Origin: Sphaerodactylus townsendi
Taxonomy: Eukaryota
DNA: 64,000 bases
Direction of reading: 5' to 3'
Assembly (NCBI RefSeq): GCF_021028975.2
Contig: NC_059427.1
Coordinates: forward strand, 72,416,001-72,480,000
The translations under genes and the position numbers were made by a program. Shown one piece after another: positions 1 through 22,729 of this stretch. The notes under the pieces were generated by a model that saw only the letters and a program-made list of their open reading frames with translations, made no database searches and was not told the DNA's origin. Every line of letters starts with the position of its first letter. Within the stretch, counting starts at the first letter, position 1.

Positions 1-370
1 TAACTGGAAAAAAAAGTGATTCATTTGAAATGTAGTGTTGGAGGATAGTTTTACAGATACCATGGACAGCGAGAAGGATAAATAAGCTGGTTCTAGTCAA
101 ATCAAGCCTGAATTCTCCTTAGAAGCTCAGATGACTAAACTGAGGCTACTGTACCTTGGTCACATTATGAGTAGAGTCACTGGAAAAAATAATGCTATGA
201 AAAGTTGAAGACAGCATGAAGAGGAAGACCTAACAAGATGAATTGGTTCAATCAAGGAAGCCATATCCCTCAGTTTGTAAGACCTGAGCAAGGTTGTTAA
301 TGATAGGACATTTTGAAGGACATTAGTTCATAGGGTCATCATAAATTGAAAGCAACATGAAGACCACATG
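1..370 (+). mobile_element. RTE-clade LINE, degenerate 3' fragment
   Basis: Broken translation resembles the RTE ORF C-terminus (DSFEM.CWR..LQIPWTA.., IKPE.SLEAQMTKLRL.Y.GHIM.., KVE.S..RGRP) with stops and frameshifts. Confidence 0.7.
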
Positions 371-384
371 CAAACAATGTTATA

Positions 385-3300
385 ATGACCTCTATACATA
401 GGTAAGAGGCCTCAGTTTTAGTCCAGCCCTTCGATCACTCTTCCTGCTGCTCTTTTCCTTTTTTGTTTTCTCAAGGGACACTTTCACATCACTTTTGAGT
501 CTCAGGCTGTGTGATCTGCCTTGAACCTCAGTGAGAAAAGTAGACTATAACTGACATAAATAAAACAAGCACTTTTGTGCCACCATCTCCTTTTCCTCCT
601 ACATACTACCTAAGTTCTTGAGAGCATAATTGGGAGAAGAGCAAGTGTATATGTCTAGTTTAGATGGTTTGGGTGCCTTACCTCCCCTACATCTCAGGAC
701 AAGGTGTGTTTGGTTGTGGGCTCACCATTTGACTAGGTTTGCTTTATCCATTCCAGGCATTCTACAGCCAGTATCTCTCCTGCCACTAAGGGTTCTAAAT
801 CCTCCCTGCCAATTTAAGTTTGTATGCCATTCCTAAATTTGTTGCTGTCCATTTCATCTACAGAATAATGTTTGCCCCCTGTTAATTTACATCACATGCT
901 ACATTAAATACCCAATGTACCTACTACTGCTACTACTATTTTTCTCCCTAGGGAGGCTGAGGATAGAGAAAATGAGCAGGAATGGCATCCTACCCACCTG
1001 CGTGTGACTGTCCTGCGTGCCTGCTCCCTGCGCACAAAGGGAACTGCTTGCAACCCCTATGTTGTGATCCAGCTACAAAAGCAAAAGTTTAGGACCTCCA
1101 TTTCATCCCACAGCCTAACTCCTGAGTGGCATGAGGAATGCTTACTGCAGCTGCCCAATGTGCTGGATGACTCAAAAGAGCACAGCCTCGTCCTTACTGT
1201 CATGCATCAGTCCTTGCATCATTTCAGCCAGTTCCTGGGCAGAATCTCCCTGCCCTTGGCTCAACTTTTTCAGGACAAAACAAAGAGAAAAAATGAGTGA
1301 GTATAGTCAAACAGCTAGTGCGACATCCATCCTCTCGAGTTAAGTTGAGGTCACCTATCCAAGCTGCAGAGTGGGATTAAGTATGGGATATGGGAAACTT
1401 GCAGTTTGGAGAGGGGAGTATTCTGTCTTCTCAGCTGGCAATGATTCCCAGATTGCAGGTTTGTTCTTTTAGCTTATTGGGAATATTTACACAACTGATT
1501 TATGGAGACCCTGTAGTTTTTCAAAGCAAGAGATGTTGGAAGATGATTTGTCATTACTCATTTTCACATCACAACCCCCAGTATTCCTTGGAGGTCTCCC
1601 ATTCAAATACTAAGTAGGGTCAAAGCTGTGTGACAGGCCCAAGGTCACCCAACAAGCTTACATGGCATGAATGGAGATTTGAACCTGGATTTCCCAGGTC
1701 ATAGTTTGACATCTTAACCACTACACCAGGCTGGCTCTCCATACTAGTCATTTAGTAATATGAAAGTGGCAGTGTCTATCCGGGTACAGAATCTGGCAAG
1801 TTCCATTTGCAGCAAAGTACCAGCAACACTATTTTTACCGTTTGCACTGAAGGGCAGGCAGTTGTTGTAGTGAATAAAGATAATCCTGTGCCAAGTTGTA
1901 CCTTACAGTGGTAGCTGTACAACCAAGTAAGTAGATGATCACCTAAAGGATCTTGCCAAGTGGGGACGAGTACTTTCATCAGACATCTTCCCCTACTCAG
2001 AACTCTACAGGAACTGTACAGTTCTTTTCAGCGTTCAGCAGTACCTTATAGATAAGCAGCTAACACTGTTGTTACATTCACACTATCCAGGCATATGCTA
2101 TCACACTTCTGGGTGTATGGTATCAGAGGCTGAGACTTGTTCTGCTACAGAGTCACCTTTGTTCTGCCATGGTAGCTGGCAGGAGCTGAGTACATGTGGC
2201 AGGTGCCATGCTTTTATGTCTGCAGGTGGTTTGTGCTGCAATCGAGGCATGGGAAGAAAGAGAAGATGAGAGGACAGCTACAGCTTGATATCCAGTTTCT
2301 GCAGATCTCCTCACCAAGCAATGGGCCATCACTCAGCTCTCGTGGTGGCTGGTCTCTCTTCACCAGATTTTGTGATAGCAGAAAGGGAAGCAAGTACAAG
2401 GCATACAAAGAAACTCAGTCCCACTCATCCAGCATGGTATGTAGAACCGGGCAAACCCATTGCCAGACCTTTAATTTTTCCTGTGAAGAGCCGCATGCTG
2501 CAGAAAGTCCATGATCTTATATTCAGCCATGAGGACCCAGAAGCTTTTGGGACATGTTCCATGAGGGTCATATGAATTCACTTTGCATTATCCACATGAA
2601 TGCACTCCATGAGAAACCTATCCTGGTTAGAGCATACATTCAATTTATGAATAGTTCTTTTCTACTTCCTGCCCCATATTATCACAGACATATTCCAGAC
2701 CAAAAACCATTCCTGGTATCACATTTGAAGTCTTGGCCTGAATCCAAAATAATTGGACTTAATGCAGTGCCAAGCTTCCCATGCCATAAAAACAAAAAAC
2801 ACTATTTAAGAACAAATACTACAGAACACAGCTTCCTTTAAAAGCAGCCCCCCATGTAAATAGGAGCCTGACTCCCTTTCTCACTTTCGTTGGGGAAACA
2901 AAGTAATGTTGGGGAAGAGAAGCAACATAGGCCACAAACATTACAGAAAGCTTTATAGAATATCTTGCTATAAAGTGAGGTAGTAGACAATAGATCTGCT
3001 TGAGAATTGGTGTTTGAACCACAGCATGTTTATCTCTAAGGCTGCTGTGTTGGCCATTGTATTATGCTTTTCTTTCTCAGACAAATGAAGAGGATTCATC
3101 TTCTTCCAGCGTGAACACAGAACTAGAGATCTCAACAGCAAAGTCTGGACCCAAGTTGGGGGACTCGTTGCCCATTGTAGCAGGTGACTTTGCAATGCCT
3201 CTCTAGACAGTTACAGCTCTTCACAAAGACCTCACTGGCTACAGTGAGTTGACAAATCTCTTCCTGTTGTTAATTTCTCCACACACACATGGCCCTTAGG

Positions 3301-4911
3301 TGCAGACCCTAGGGGCAGATTATCAGAGGTCGTCCCATAGTTTCATCTTTATGTCAGAAAATGAACAGCAGCGTCAAGTAATTAACCTTTAGAACATGGA
3401 GCAGAAGTTTACCTGAGGTGGAAGTACCATTCTTGGTTGGAGAAGGAAGCAAGCCAGAATGCCTCCAGGCCAATAAAATGCATGCTCAGTACCAAGAATG
3501 GCAACACTGTAATCAAACCCACCTAATATTTTTACATGTTCTTCTTCAGCATCCAAACAAGCATCAGACTCCCAAGCTCTGTAGCTGCTTAATAAGCTTG
3601 TCATACGGTCGAACAAAGAACCAGATAACTGAAGGGTAGGACTTTTAAGCCAGTCTCCTACATTGGCTATCACCAGCCCTTACCTGCTATAATAGCTTCC
3701 TTGTAGCTGAACAGTGAGATCAGAAAGCTCACACTACCAGAGGGACATGGTCTACACCTGGCAGAGGCTTGGGAAAAAGGATTGCTCTGCTCCCTTGCAT
3801 TACTGTCTCATTCAGTTCAATTTCATTGTTTGCTAGTTCTATACATACTAGGAAAGCAGCAGTCCTGTTTGCACTATGCCTTGTTCTTTTCCACATTCTC
3901 TCCATTTGCCCTGATCTTTTCACTAATGCGTATGGGAATGCCCCAAGAATGCCTTTGGTGGTAGTGGGGAGAAGGGAAATCAAAAGTGATGTCAGAAAAG
4001 GGGGAAATATGATTTTTATCTCCTTTGCAAGTACTCCAATAATTATATTAACCCCTCCCACCCACCCAAGGTTTTTGATAAGGGACCATAGATTTGGCAA
4101 TCAGTAAGTCATGCAGAGTAACCTACTTGACTGTATGGTTGAACAGCAGAAAAATTTGAAAGATTTGAATAGGGAGTATACTGGCAAGGAAAGATTAGCT
4201 GGGAGTGGGAGACAGTACAGCAGGCTCAGTGGCCTAGAAGGTGGGAGAGAACCCGGACATAACATTGAAAACCACATTGAAAACTCACTTTGAATGCAAA
4301 TATTCAACCATCTTGTGTGGTTTTCTAAAATTTCTGTCCTCCAATAATATCAGGCCAGAAATGTGAGTTTTAGGTTCCTGATGTACACTGTGTAGCAGAA
4401 TAGGCACCCTGGTATACCTCTGCCTTTTGAATGTGGTCTACAGGGCAGTAGAGGCAGTGGTAGGGAAAGCTTTAAGTGGAAACCACCCGGGGGGGAGGGG
4501 GGCGCGCTAAGAAGTCACAACTGTGTATCCCCTGTGCCTTTACTCTCTTACAGCAGCTCTAGCTGGGAGAAAACCTGCATCCACAATACAGCTGCAAAAG
4601 CTCACGTCACACAACTACAAGGACCTTTCATCTGAAGCTATGAACTTGGCAGACTGTTCAAGTCAGTCAGAGCACCCAGTTACCCTGGAACAGTTTAGTA
4701 GCATCTTCACTTTGCCTCCCAATAAAAAATCTAAGCCTCTGAAAGAAGAGAGGAGTCCAGAGGCAGCAGGTATTGCTATGGAGCCTTGGCAACCATCTCT
4801 TCTTCTGCGTGCTGCAGGACCCAGTGAAATCCCTCCACAGGCACAGACCCTTCACCTCTCTACAGTGAGCCTTCATCAGACCACTAGCTCTACAACCAGC
4901 CGCTTCCGCAG
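385..4911 (+). CDS. Divergent class-I Rab11-FIP-like C2-domain protein (3' end uncertain)
   Basis: Firm exons are 952-1296 (EWHPTHLRVTVLRACSLRTKG..NPYVVIQLQKQKFRTS..PEWHEEC.LQLP..L.LTVMH..QFLGRISLPL) and 2226-2436 (WFVLQSRHGKKEKMRGQLQLDIQF). They match the RAB11FIP1/2/5 N-terminal C2 domain and are joined by a phase-2 GT-AG intron. Phase-compatible candidate exons: 385-401 (ATG ACC TCT ATA CAT AG|GTAAGA), 3081-3183, 4554-4911 and possibly 5342-5645. Confidence 0.7.
1625..1739 (-). mobile_element. tRNA-derived squamate SINE, 5' part
   Basis: Reverse strand begins GAGAGCCAGCCTGGTGTAGTGGTTAAG (A-box) and continues to GGTTCAAATC (B-box). Related copies occur elsewhere in the window. Confidence 0.6.
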
Positions 4912-5626
4912 GTGCCAGCTGCGACTGCATAGGAGCTATCACTCCTGTCTTAGATGTTTTGGTTTGGGTTCCTGATATTGGGGTTTCAGATCTGTCTCAA
5001 AACTCTCTTGCTGAAAAACTAATTGGAAGAAGCAGCTATGTACAAATGTATCATATTCAAAAAATATCTGGGGGTGTGGCTGGTTTCTTTGATGCTGTGG
5101 AGCTCCTGGCAAGATCAAGGCTAGTCATGGATCAGAAGACTGGTTTAGGTTAGGACTCTGGATTCTAGAATTAGAAAGTTGCATTGTTAGAAAAGGAAAG
5201 TGACAGGAGAATATGACAATTCATGTGACAATGCTTACGTACATGCACTCATACATATTCCACCCCATGTTGTCCTTTCAATGTTCACTTGCTTTAATGC
5301 CCTTGTTGCAATAAGCCAGCAGTGTTTACATCATTTAACAGCCCAAATGCATGTTCCCAGGCCATGATGGGCTTCAGTAAGATGGAAGGCGGTTATGCTC
5401 TTGGAGCCAGACTGAAGACGTCAAGAAATGATCCTGCAGGGGAGTTTCACAGCAGGAACCTATGCAGATTTTGGCACACAAGAGATGCATCCTTCCAGCA
5501 ACCTGATACAGATTCTCTAAGAGCATCACCCTTAGGTGTCAGCCTGAGCAAAAAGGTCTCCAAAACAAGCTTTCAGCCTTTGTCCCCCACCCTGCCATTC
5601 AGTCCGTCCTGCTGCTTACTCTTCAG

Positions 5627-5632
5627 TTTATT
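5627..5632 (-). terminator. Candidate poly(A) signal of B4GALT7
   Basis: AATAAA on the minus strand about 350 nt downstream of the B4GALT7 stop. Confidence 0.5.
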
Positions 5633-5982
5633 AAAGTGTAGGTAAACAAGTGAATTCTTCCAGCAAAGACTATACAATCTTCAGGTAAGGTGAACCGGCA
5701 TCCTTCTTAATGGCAGGCTGCATAGCGACTCAGCTGACTGATGTTTGCAAGCAACTTCACATTCGTTGTCACTTTACAGTATCCTTGCAGGACAGGCAGT
5801 GCCCTGCATATACCTGTCACCTGATGTGACTCCTCAGCCTTCTTTTTAATCATCTGACCCACAGGCATCCATGCCCAGCTGTTAGTTTCTGTGGGGGAAT
5901 CTGTCTTCCGTGGGTTCAGCTGCAATCCTGGCAACCAGCAGCTGCTGTAGGAACGTAGTAAGAAGTCTGTGTGGCGAGCATC

Positions 5983-15555
<9,573 letters not shown>

Positions 15556-15716
15556 CCTTTGGTTTTTTTAGCGGGTCTCCCCGCCCTGCAGGGACACGCT
15601 GGCTGGGACACCAAGTCCGTCAGTTATTGTGTTCCTCCGGAAACGCTTTCCTCGTTGGCTGTTCCGTTGCGCTCTCATTCTTAGGCGAGAACAGTAGTTC
15701 CGCTGGGTCAGATATG

Positions 15717-15758
15717 AGCATCTGAAGACGTGGACAGTAATCCACAAAAGCTTATGCT
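15717..15758 (+). ncRNA. Degenerate type-I hammerhead ribozyme in a Penelope/Neptune-like 3' remnant
   Basis: agcat-CTGAAGA-C-gtgga(cagtaa)tccac-AAAA-GCTT-atgct. Stems I and II pair and loop 3 is palindromic (AGCT), but GAAA is mutated to AAAA. Confidence 0.5.
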
Positions 15759-15957
15759 GTAATGCGTTTGTCTTTAAAGCGCTACTAGAGTGTTTATCCT
15801 CACTACAACAGACTCCGCTGAAGTGGACCTATTCAGGGCCATGCTAGAATTGTACTGGTCAGCGTAGATTTCTAAGGAGTTTTGAGGCAGTGGTAAATAA
15901 CAAGGGATAAAAATTTGAGTAGAATGGTAAATTAAAACTCCAGGTAATCTTGTGCAC

Positions 15958-15958
<1 letters not shown>

Positions 15959-15996
<38 letters not shown>
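15959..15996. repeat. (AAT)n microsatellite
   Basis: About 12 AAT units. Confidence 0.95.
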
Positions 15997-15998
<2 letters not shown>

Positions 15999-16883
15999 GG
16001 CTTTTGTTTAAATTAATTTACATGTGCAAATTACCAAAACTTCATTCCAGATACTTTTTCACACTAAGTTGAAAATAACTTGCAATGTAATAAAGCTATT
16101 ACTCGATAGTTGAAGAAAAGACCATCTTTAATATTTTTTCATTCTTTATTACAGGTGCAATCAGGCTAAAATGGCCTCAAAATAAAGTAAGCATATCACA
16201 ACCCTTTGAACTGGTTCTTTACCAGTAGCTCTTTAGTTGTCAGACTCCCAGTTTGCTGTCCAGCACTTTCACACACTTTATCTGCGCTTAGTCATACAAG
16301 AGTGACAGACCACTTGATTTGTGTCTCCAGGAGCAAAAAAAAAAGGTCCTTGCGGTATGGCCAGGATACAGGAAGTCTGGATGATGTAGTTTGTGGATAC
16401 AGACTCAAATAATTCCAAATGCTTTGTACTGTGAAAACTTTAAAAATGCACACACGTGCACTCTGAACATTCCCCATCCCAGTATGCTTCAATTTGATAA
16501 AGATTCTGTAACACTGAGAATCCATATAACAAAGGAAGCTTCTTTCCTCAAGCAAGAAAGAGGACCCCCACCGCCACCAAACGGTATTTCAAAATATATT
16601 TGAAAGAAATAGTCATACAAGCAAGCCCATTTTAATATGCTCAAAATAATACTCAGATACTGAAAACATGGGAAGTTTCACCAGCTAAATTAGATTCATG
16701 GTATTCAATATGTTGTATTCCCCAGTGAGTGTAGCTCAAACCTTATTCATCTGAATCTCAAGTGCATAATTTGAACTATACAAATGACTGCATTTCCTTC
16801 TTACAGGTAATCCCTGCCTTTACTAAACTATTGTGCATTATACTTGGGCATCAAAACACATTTCTTTCTTGCATCCAGTCCAG

Positions 16884-17171
16884 AGAAGAAGAGTTGGCTT
16901 TTTAAACCCTGATTTTTCTCTGCCTTTAAGGAGTTTCAAAGCATCTTACAATTGCCTTACCTTCCCCTCACCACAACAGACCCCTTGTGAAATAGATGGC
17001 AGAGTCCTGAGACAACTGTGACTAGCCCAAGATCACCCAGCAGGTTTCTTGTTGAGGACCAGGGAAAACAAACCCGGTTCACCAGATTACAGTCTACCAC
17101 TCATGTGGAGAATAAAACCTGGTTCTCCAGATTAGAATCTGCTGCTCTTAACCACTACACCGTGCTGGCTC
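16884..17171 (-). mobile_element. tRNA-derived squamate SINE
   Basis: Minus strand has a GAGCCAGCACGGTGTAGTGGTTAAGAG head, an internal duplicated segment and a (CTT)n tail. Confidence 0.7.
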
Positions 17172-18870
17172 AAGGACCTGCTTATAAATGGTATCAATTT
17201 ATATAGTGTGTGAAACTAATGCTGAGCAAACAACATATTATCCTCTCATCTGTTACCACTAGTCTCAAGAAATGTAAATGAAAAAGTCTGAGGTCTGTAT
17301 GACAAAGATAGATGGAAAAGGCTTTCATCATATCATTTGCTTGTCCTTTCCTTATGAGTGTGTCAGTTTCACACAACCTGACAACAACAGGCCAGGGAAG
17401 CTCTTCACCAAATGGCTAATGCTTAGAACAATGGAAATCACAAACAAGTCCTTCACTTCACTCTTTTAAATATAGTACTTTTGCTCTCCTTCTCTTCCCC
17501 ACTACAGTCACAAGTTTTGGAGAGGAGCAATTAATGAGAATCCTTGGAATAATCAGGAAATGTCATCTATACAACACCAATTTGCGGAGTGCTTAAAAAT
17601 TAATTTAAAGAAATGAATCCCAAGAGTCTTAAACTGCAATATAAAGCAAGCTTACTTGGAAGGAAGTGAGTTCCACTGAAATCAGCAGGCATTAATTCCA
17701 AGTATGTACGATTAGGATTGAATTGTTGAAACAATAGCAAAATATCAAATGTTCTGACTGTAAAAGTAGCATTTTGTGAAACAAAACTTACAACTATTTA
17801 GTAAGCTTGTATTAGTGTAGAAATGGAGTACCAAATCTGCCAAAAGAACTAGCTACACTTTAACAAGAAAAACTCATTTAATTCTGTCAAACAACAGGAG
17901 GAAGACATAAAGAAAATCAAGTAAATTTTAATACTTAGCTCCTGATGAATATCTCAGTGGTTATCACATTTGCCTCTCTCCCTCCATTCCCAACACACAC
18001 ACATACACACACAAACAGTATTTTAGAAATAATCCCAATATTGCCTCTTAGCATAGCAGGCAATCACAAAATAATTTGCATTCTATTCACATTATGAATA
18101 CACTGGGCAGAAGAAGACTGTGAACAGAAAGTCCAGATATCTTCATTTAGCGCTTTCTCTTGGAGCTGCAGGCTGGTAGTGGCAAGAAATCACAGCCAGT
18201 AAAAGTTCAGCAGGACACAAAACTGGCATCATTTTCTTGGCTTATGATATTTGAAATGCTGGCTAAAGAAGGTATCCCAAGTGCCCTATACAGTGGAGTC
18301 TAACTTGGGTGACGGTGGCAGAAGTTGCCATCAAATTGTACCTAACTAATGACAGCCCCAAAGGGTTTTCAAGGCAAGAGATGAACAGAGATAGTTTGTC
18401 ATTGCCTGACTCTGCATAGCACCCCTAGACTTCCTCAGTGGTTTCCCACCCAAAGTCCTCCTCAGTTTCTGAGATTTGACAGATTCAGCTAGGCTGGGCC
18501 ATCCAGGTCAGACCTCAGCTTGGACAAGTGACCCTTTTTCAGCAAAAGGAAATGCTGCACATAGGGTCCTTCCCAAGAATTTCTCACATAGTATTAAAAA
18601 ACTGAAGGTGCCTCAGCAGCAAATAATCCCCAACTGTCTGGAGAGAATAACGCTTTGCAAGGGGCAACACTGTGTTGGAATCACAGCAGGCTGAGATGAG
18701 GAAGTGGTGGGAGGGAGACAGGCAGAGAGAGGTAGATGACACAGATCTTGGACAACAATTGTCTTGAGGAAAGGCTGATTGAGGCGAGAAGGAGGACCAG
18801 TGCAACCACCTGAAGCGCCAGGAACTGCTCCTGGGGAAGATGCAGGCCCTTTGCTGACATCACCACCCTT

Positions 18871-21800
18871 TTACACCAGCTTCTTGGCCTCAAAGAAACT
18901 TTTGAGATGCCTCATCTGCCAGACTCCAATGGCGACAAGGATGAGGGTCTGGACAATGGACCACCACAGAACCCGCTGGTTCGTGCTCTCACTGGTTTGC
19001 CGGAAGCGCTCCTCTCGCCACTGAACAAAGAAAAAATAATAGTTCAGGATTCTCCTCATGACCAAAAGCCAGCATCGTGCATTGGACATGCGTTGGGCAT
19101 GGAATATGGAGACCTAATTTCAGATCCCTCAGACATGCAACTCATTGGGTGACCCTGAAGCATTGATTGTTTCTCAGCTTATTTTACCCTCCCCCCTAGG
19201 TTATTGTGATGAAAAGCAGAGGGAGAAGAAAGACCATGGATGACACTCTCACTGGAGGAAGAGTGGTATGATGATGGTAATAATAGCAACAAATGGGTAT
19301 TTTCCCACCATGGCCTGACTCAGTGACACATATAAACAAAAGAGGCCCAGCACTGCCTTTGTTCAAGAACCAGTGCTGCAGTTTTTATTTACTTATTTTT
19401 TGCTGTCAAGCCACATCAGATTTATGACAACCCTATAGGATTTTCAAGGCAGATGTTTAAAGGTGGTTTCCCACATTTCCTGAACAAGCAGAATGACGCA
19501 ATGAAACGTGCATTTCCCATTTCTTATCCTAGCTTTACATTACAGTACAAAGAAACCATTGGTGGTCTGCCCAAGGCCTCTTACCCTTTGGTAGTTCTGT
19601 TCTTTTTGGATCTGTTCTATCTGCTCCAGAAGCTGGCGCACACGCAACTGCAGTTCACTTAGCTTGTCCTTGGCTGCAATCTCAGCATAGTCATTGGCAT
19701 GTTCACCAACCTGGATGTCAAGGTGGACCCGCTGCAGTGAGATTAGATAAGAAAGAATAGTAAACATTTTTGGTATGCACATACACATCTGGGCAAGATG
19801 CCCCATGAGCTTTTTGGAAAGCAAAACTGAGTACATACCACCCAAACAATTGCACAGAGCCTCTTACCAGCATGCCCCCTGCAAAGAGAGAAAACTTGGT
19901 GGAATTGGAATGCAGGCAGATCTGATGGTCTCCAGGTGTGTGTGACGTGAAGGTGAACCGGCCCTCTGAGCCATATTGTCGGGACAGCACCACCTGCAAA
20001 CAGAGTGAGCATAATATTTTCACGATAGTTTACACAGTTAGAAAATCTTAGGAATTTACAAGCTCTCCATTTCATCTCCTATTAATTCTCTTCAAATTTT
20101 ATTTATATCATGGGCAATGCTGTTACCAGCTACTTCCCTCTGACTCTTGAAGCTTAAAAAGAAGCTATCTCCTGGAAGGAAGCATTTGAACAGAAACTGT
20201 TTCTACTGAGGACAAAGCCTTTATGATTTGCCCTGCACCCCCCCTTTCTTGTAGATGACAAGTAGACCTGTTCTGATTGACAGAGGCTTGTTGCAACCTG
20301 TTCTGAGTCTTCATTTTGGAGAAAAGTGAGATAAAAGTACACAAATAAATAAAACCTGTTGAAGTCCCACCTTACAGCCCATGCTTAGGGCTAGTTAAAG
20401 ATTACAGTCTAGCTCAATGTTAGATCCCTGGATCTTTGCTCCCTGGATCTTTGCTCAACGGACTCTGGTATATTTCTCAGCAGCCTTTATTGTAGAGGCA
20501 GATCAGGTATAACTTGAAGAAACCCAGTTCTATATGAATTGGCAAGTTAGCCCCCTAGGTTTATCCCTCCCAATTTCCCAGAGCAAGCATCTGGTGCCTA
20601 GATTACTATTGTGTCCGGCACCAAGGTCAGCAGCAATAACACTGGAGTCACCTGGTTGTCCACGCCCGACAAGATAACCACAATAATTCCTTCCCTTGGG
20701 TCAGACATTCCGGGGAGGTCTACTTCTCTAACAAGCGTAGCAAAGCCATAAAACTCAGGACAAGGAAAGAATGCATAGATGGCAGTGGTTACATATATCA
20801 GTGGTTACAGATATCAAAGCTGGTTACAGACATTCAGTTTCAGGTTACATTCAGGTCATATCTGGCCCAGATCCTGATACTCAGTCAACAACATTGTGGC
20901 TTGTCTTTCAAACAGTACAAACCCTCACAACCAATGGCCTTCAATAAATCAGTCAAGACCCGTAGGAAGGTTGCAAAAGCCAATTACTGAGCTGCAGATC
21001 CTTCTGGAGTAGCTTTTTAAAGTTGCTTTTCGGAAAGAGATGTTCCTACAACACATATGTAGACAATAAGGGTGTTATGCCTCCTGCCTCTCTTCACACA
21101 CGTTAGGAGGAGAAGCAGTTTTCTGAGGGCATTTAATAAATTCAGGACAGTCAAAAGGAAATATTTCTTTACTCAACAATTGATTAAATTATGGAATGCA
21201 CTGCCAGCAAATATATAGATGGTCATGAGCATACATGGCTTTAAAAGAGAATCAGACTGATTCAGACAGCATAGGTCCATTAATGGCTTACTAGCCATGA
21301 TGATTATAGGAAGCCTCCATATTCAGAGGCAGCAAACCTCTGAATATCACTGCTAAGAGACAACATCAGGGGAAGGCCTTAGCTTCTACACACTCTTGGC
21401 ACTCCATAGCAATTTGCTGGCTGCGTGAAACAGTATACCAGAACAGATGGGCCACTGATTTAACTGAACAGAACTGTTATGTTCAATTTGATGGAAAATT
21501 GTGGCCTTGACACAGAAGGTCGTAGTTCTACCCCACACTTCCTGTCAAGTGAGGTGACTTCCGTTATGTGCTTGCAGCTCAGTGGGACCTATGCTGCTGT
21601 CTGGAGGTTAAAGGTGATCTGCTTGAGTCTCTGGAAAGGCTGAACAGCACTGCTCTAGAACTCTAAGGGACTACATAACAGATATAAAGTATCAAAAGGT
21701 TAGCATTTCAGGCTTATCACGAAATTCTATAATAAACGTACACATTTGTGACAGAGTTGACTACATATCATTACATTTTTACCTCAGAAGCTATGCTTCT

Positions 21801-22707
21801 TTAAGAACAAAAGAAATAGCCTCCAGAATAGCTAGCTGTGTATCCACAGTCATAAGTGGAAGCTTATCCTGGGGCAGAACACAAGCTGAAGACTGCAAAG
21901 AGGATTTCTGATATATAGTACAGATTATAATTGAAAGGAAGTCTCTGATTATCCTTAGTCAGCCATCACATGTATCTATGAAGTGATTCTAATATATTGC
22001 TTCCACAAAGAGTGACAAAGTACTTCAGATTTAGTGTTGCCTCTTCACCCCAGTTAAAGGTAACCAAAACAAGGACTTTCACTTTACAGCAAAGAAACTC
22101 CAAGAGGACACGTAGAACGTTCTGTTCTCCTCTGAAGTACACAATAGCCCCTAGACTGGAAAATGCCCCAGGACAAACCCTTGTGCTCACAAACCTTTTT
22201 ATCAGGATCCTTCACTTCCACAAACATGCCTAGTCCCGGAGTTGCAGGCAGGTATTCCTCCCTTTGCTTATCATACAGCTGTGTCCGGTAATTCCCTGTG
22301 ATGCAGAAGGAAGCAAAATGAGAGGACAGGTAAGAAGTACCCACATGGATTTCTGTGCGGGACTAATACCCCGCAGCGCTTTCGATACATACTTTCCCAT
22401 CTCAACCAGGACTTCAGCGGACACTTTATATTAAGCAGCCCCCTAAAGCTTAATCCCCCAACTTGATGCAAGCATCCTATATAAGGGGACTTCCCAGGAC
22501 ACCCCCACCCCGCACAATCAACCCCATTGTTTTTGGGCCATATGCTCCCTGCGCACCGATGACCATGGTCTCGTCCGGGATCTCCTCGATGAAACACTTG
22601 CGTTCGGTCTCGCCCAAGTGGAAATAGAGACCCCACCCAGGCGATGCAATCCCGAACACCACCAGGAGCTGCAACAGCACCCGCGACCAGCACTCCACAG
22701 CCGCCAT
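18871..22707 (-). CDS. TMED9: Transmembrane p24 trafficking protein 9 (p24alpha2), 224 aa
   Basis: complement(join(18871-19020,19585-19731,19868-19993,22195-22295,22557-22707)), 675 nt, GT-AG and phase-consistent. Has a signal peptide, GOLD domain ([21 protein letters not shown]), coiled coil, TM and the cytosolic tail FFEAKKLV. Adjacency to B4GALT7 and [12 protein letters not shown] favour TMED9 over TMED4. Confidence 0.95.
20418..21053 (-). mobile_element. Probable solo LTR in TMED9 intron 2
   Basis: TGTT...AACA termini, AATAAA on minus at 20486-20491 and an internal tandem GGTTACA-containing repeat (about 20785-20850). No clean TSD seen. Confidence 0.4.
21130..21484 (+). mobile_element. 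Old CR1 LINE 3' fragment
   Basis: FR...[15 protein letters not shown]-like translation followed by a CR1-type 3' UTR ending TTATGTTC. Confidence 0.65.
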
Positions 22708-22729
22708 CGCACCGCGCCTTCGTACACCC

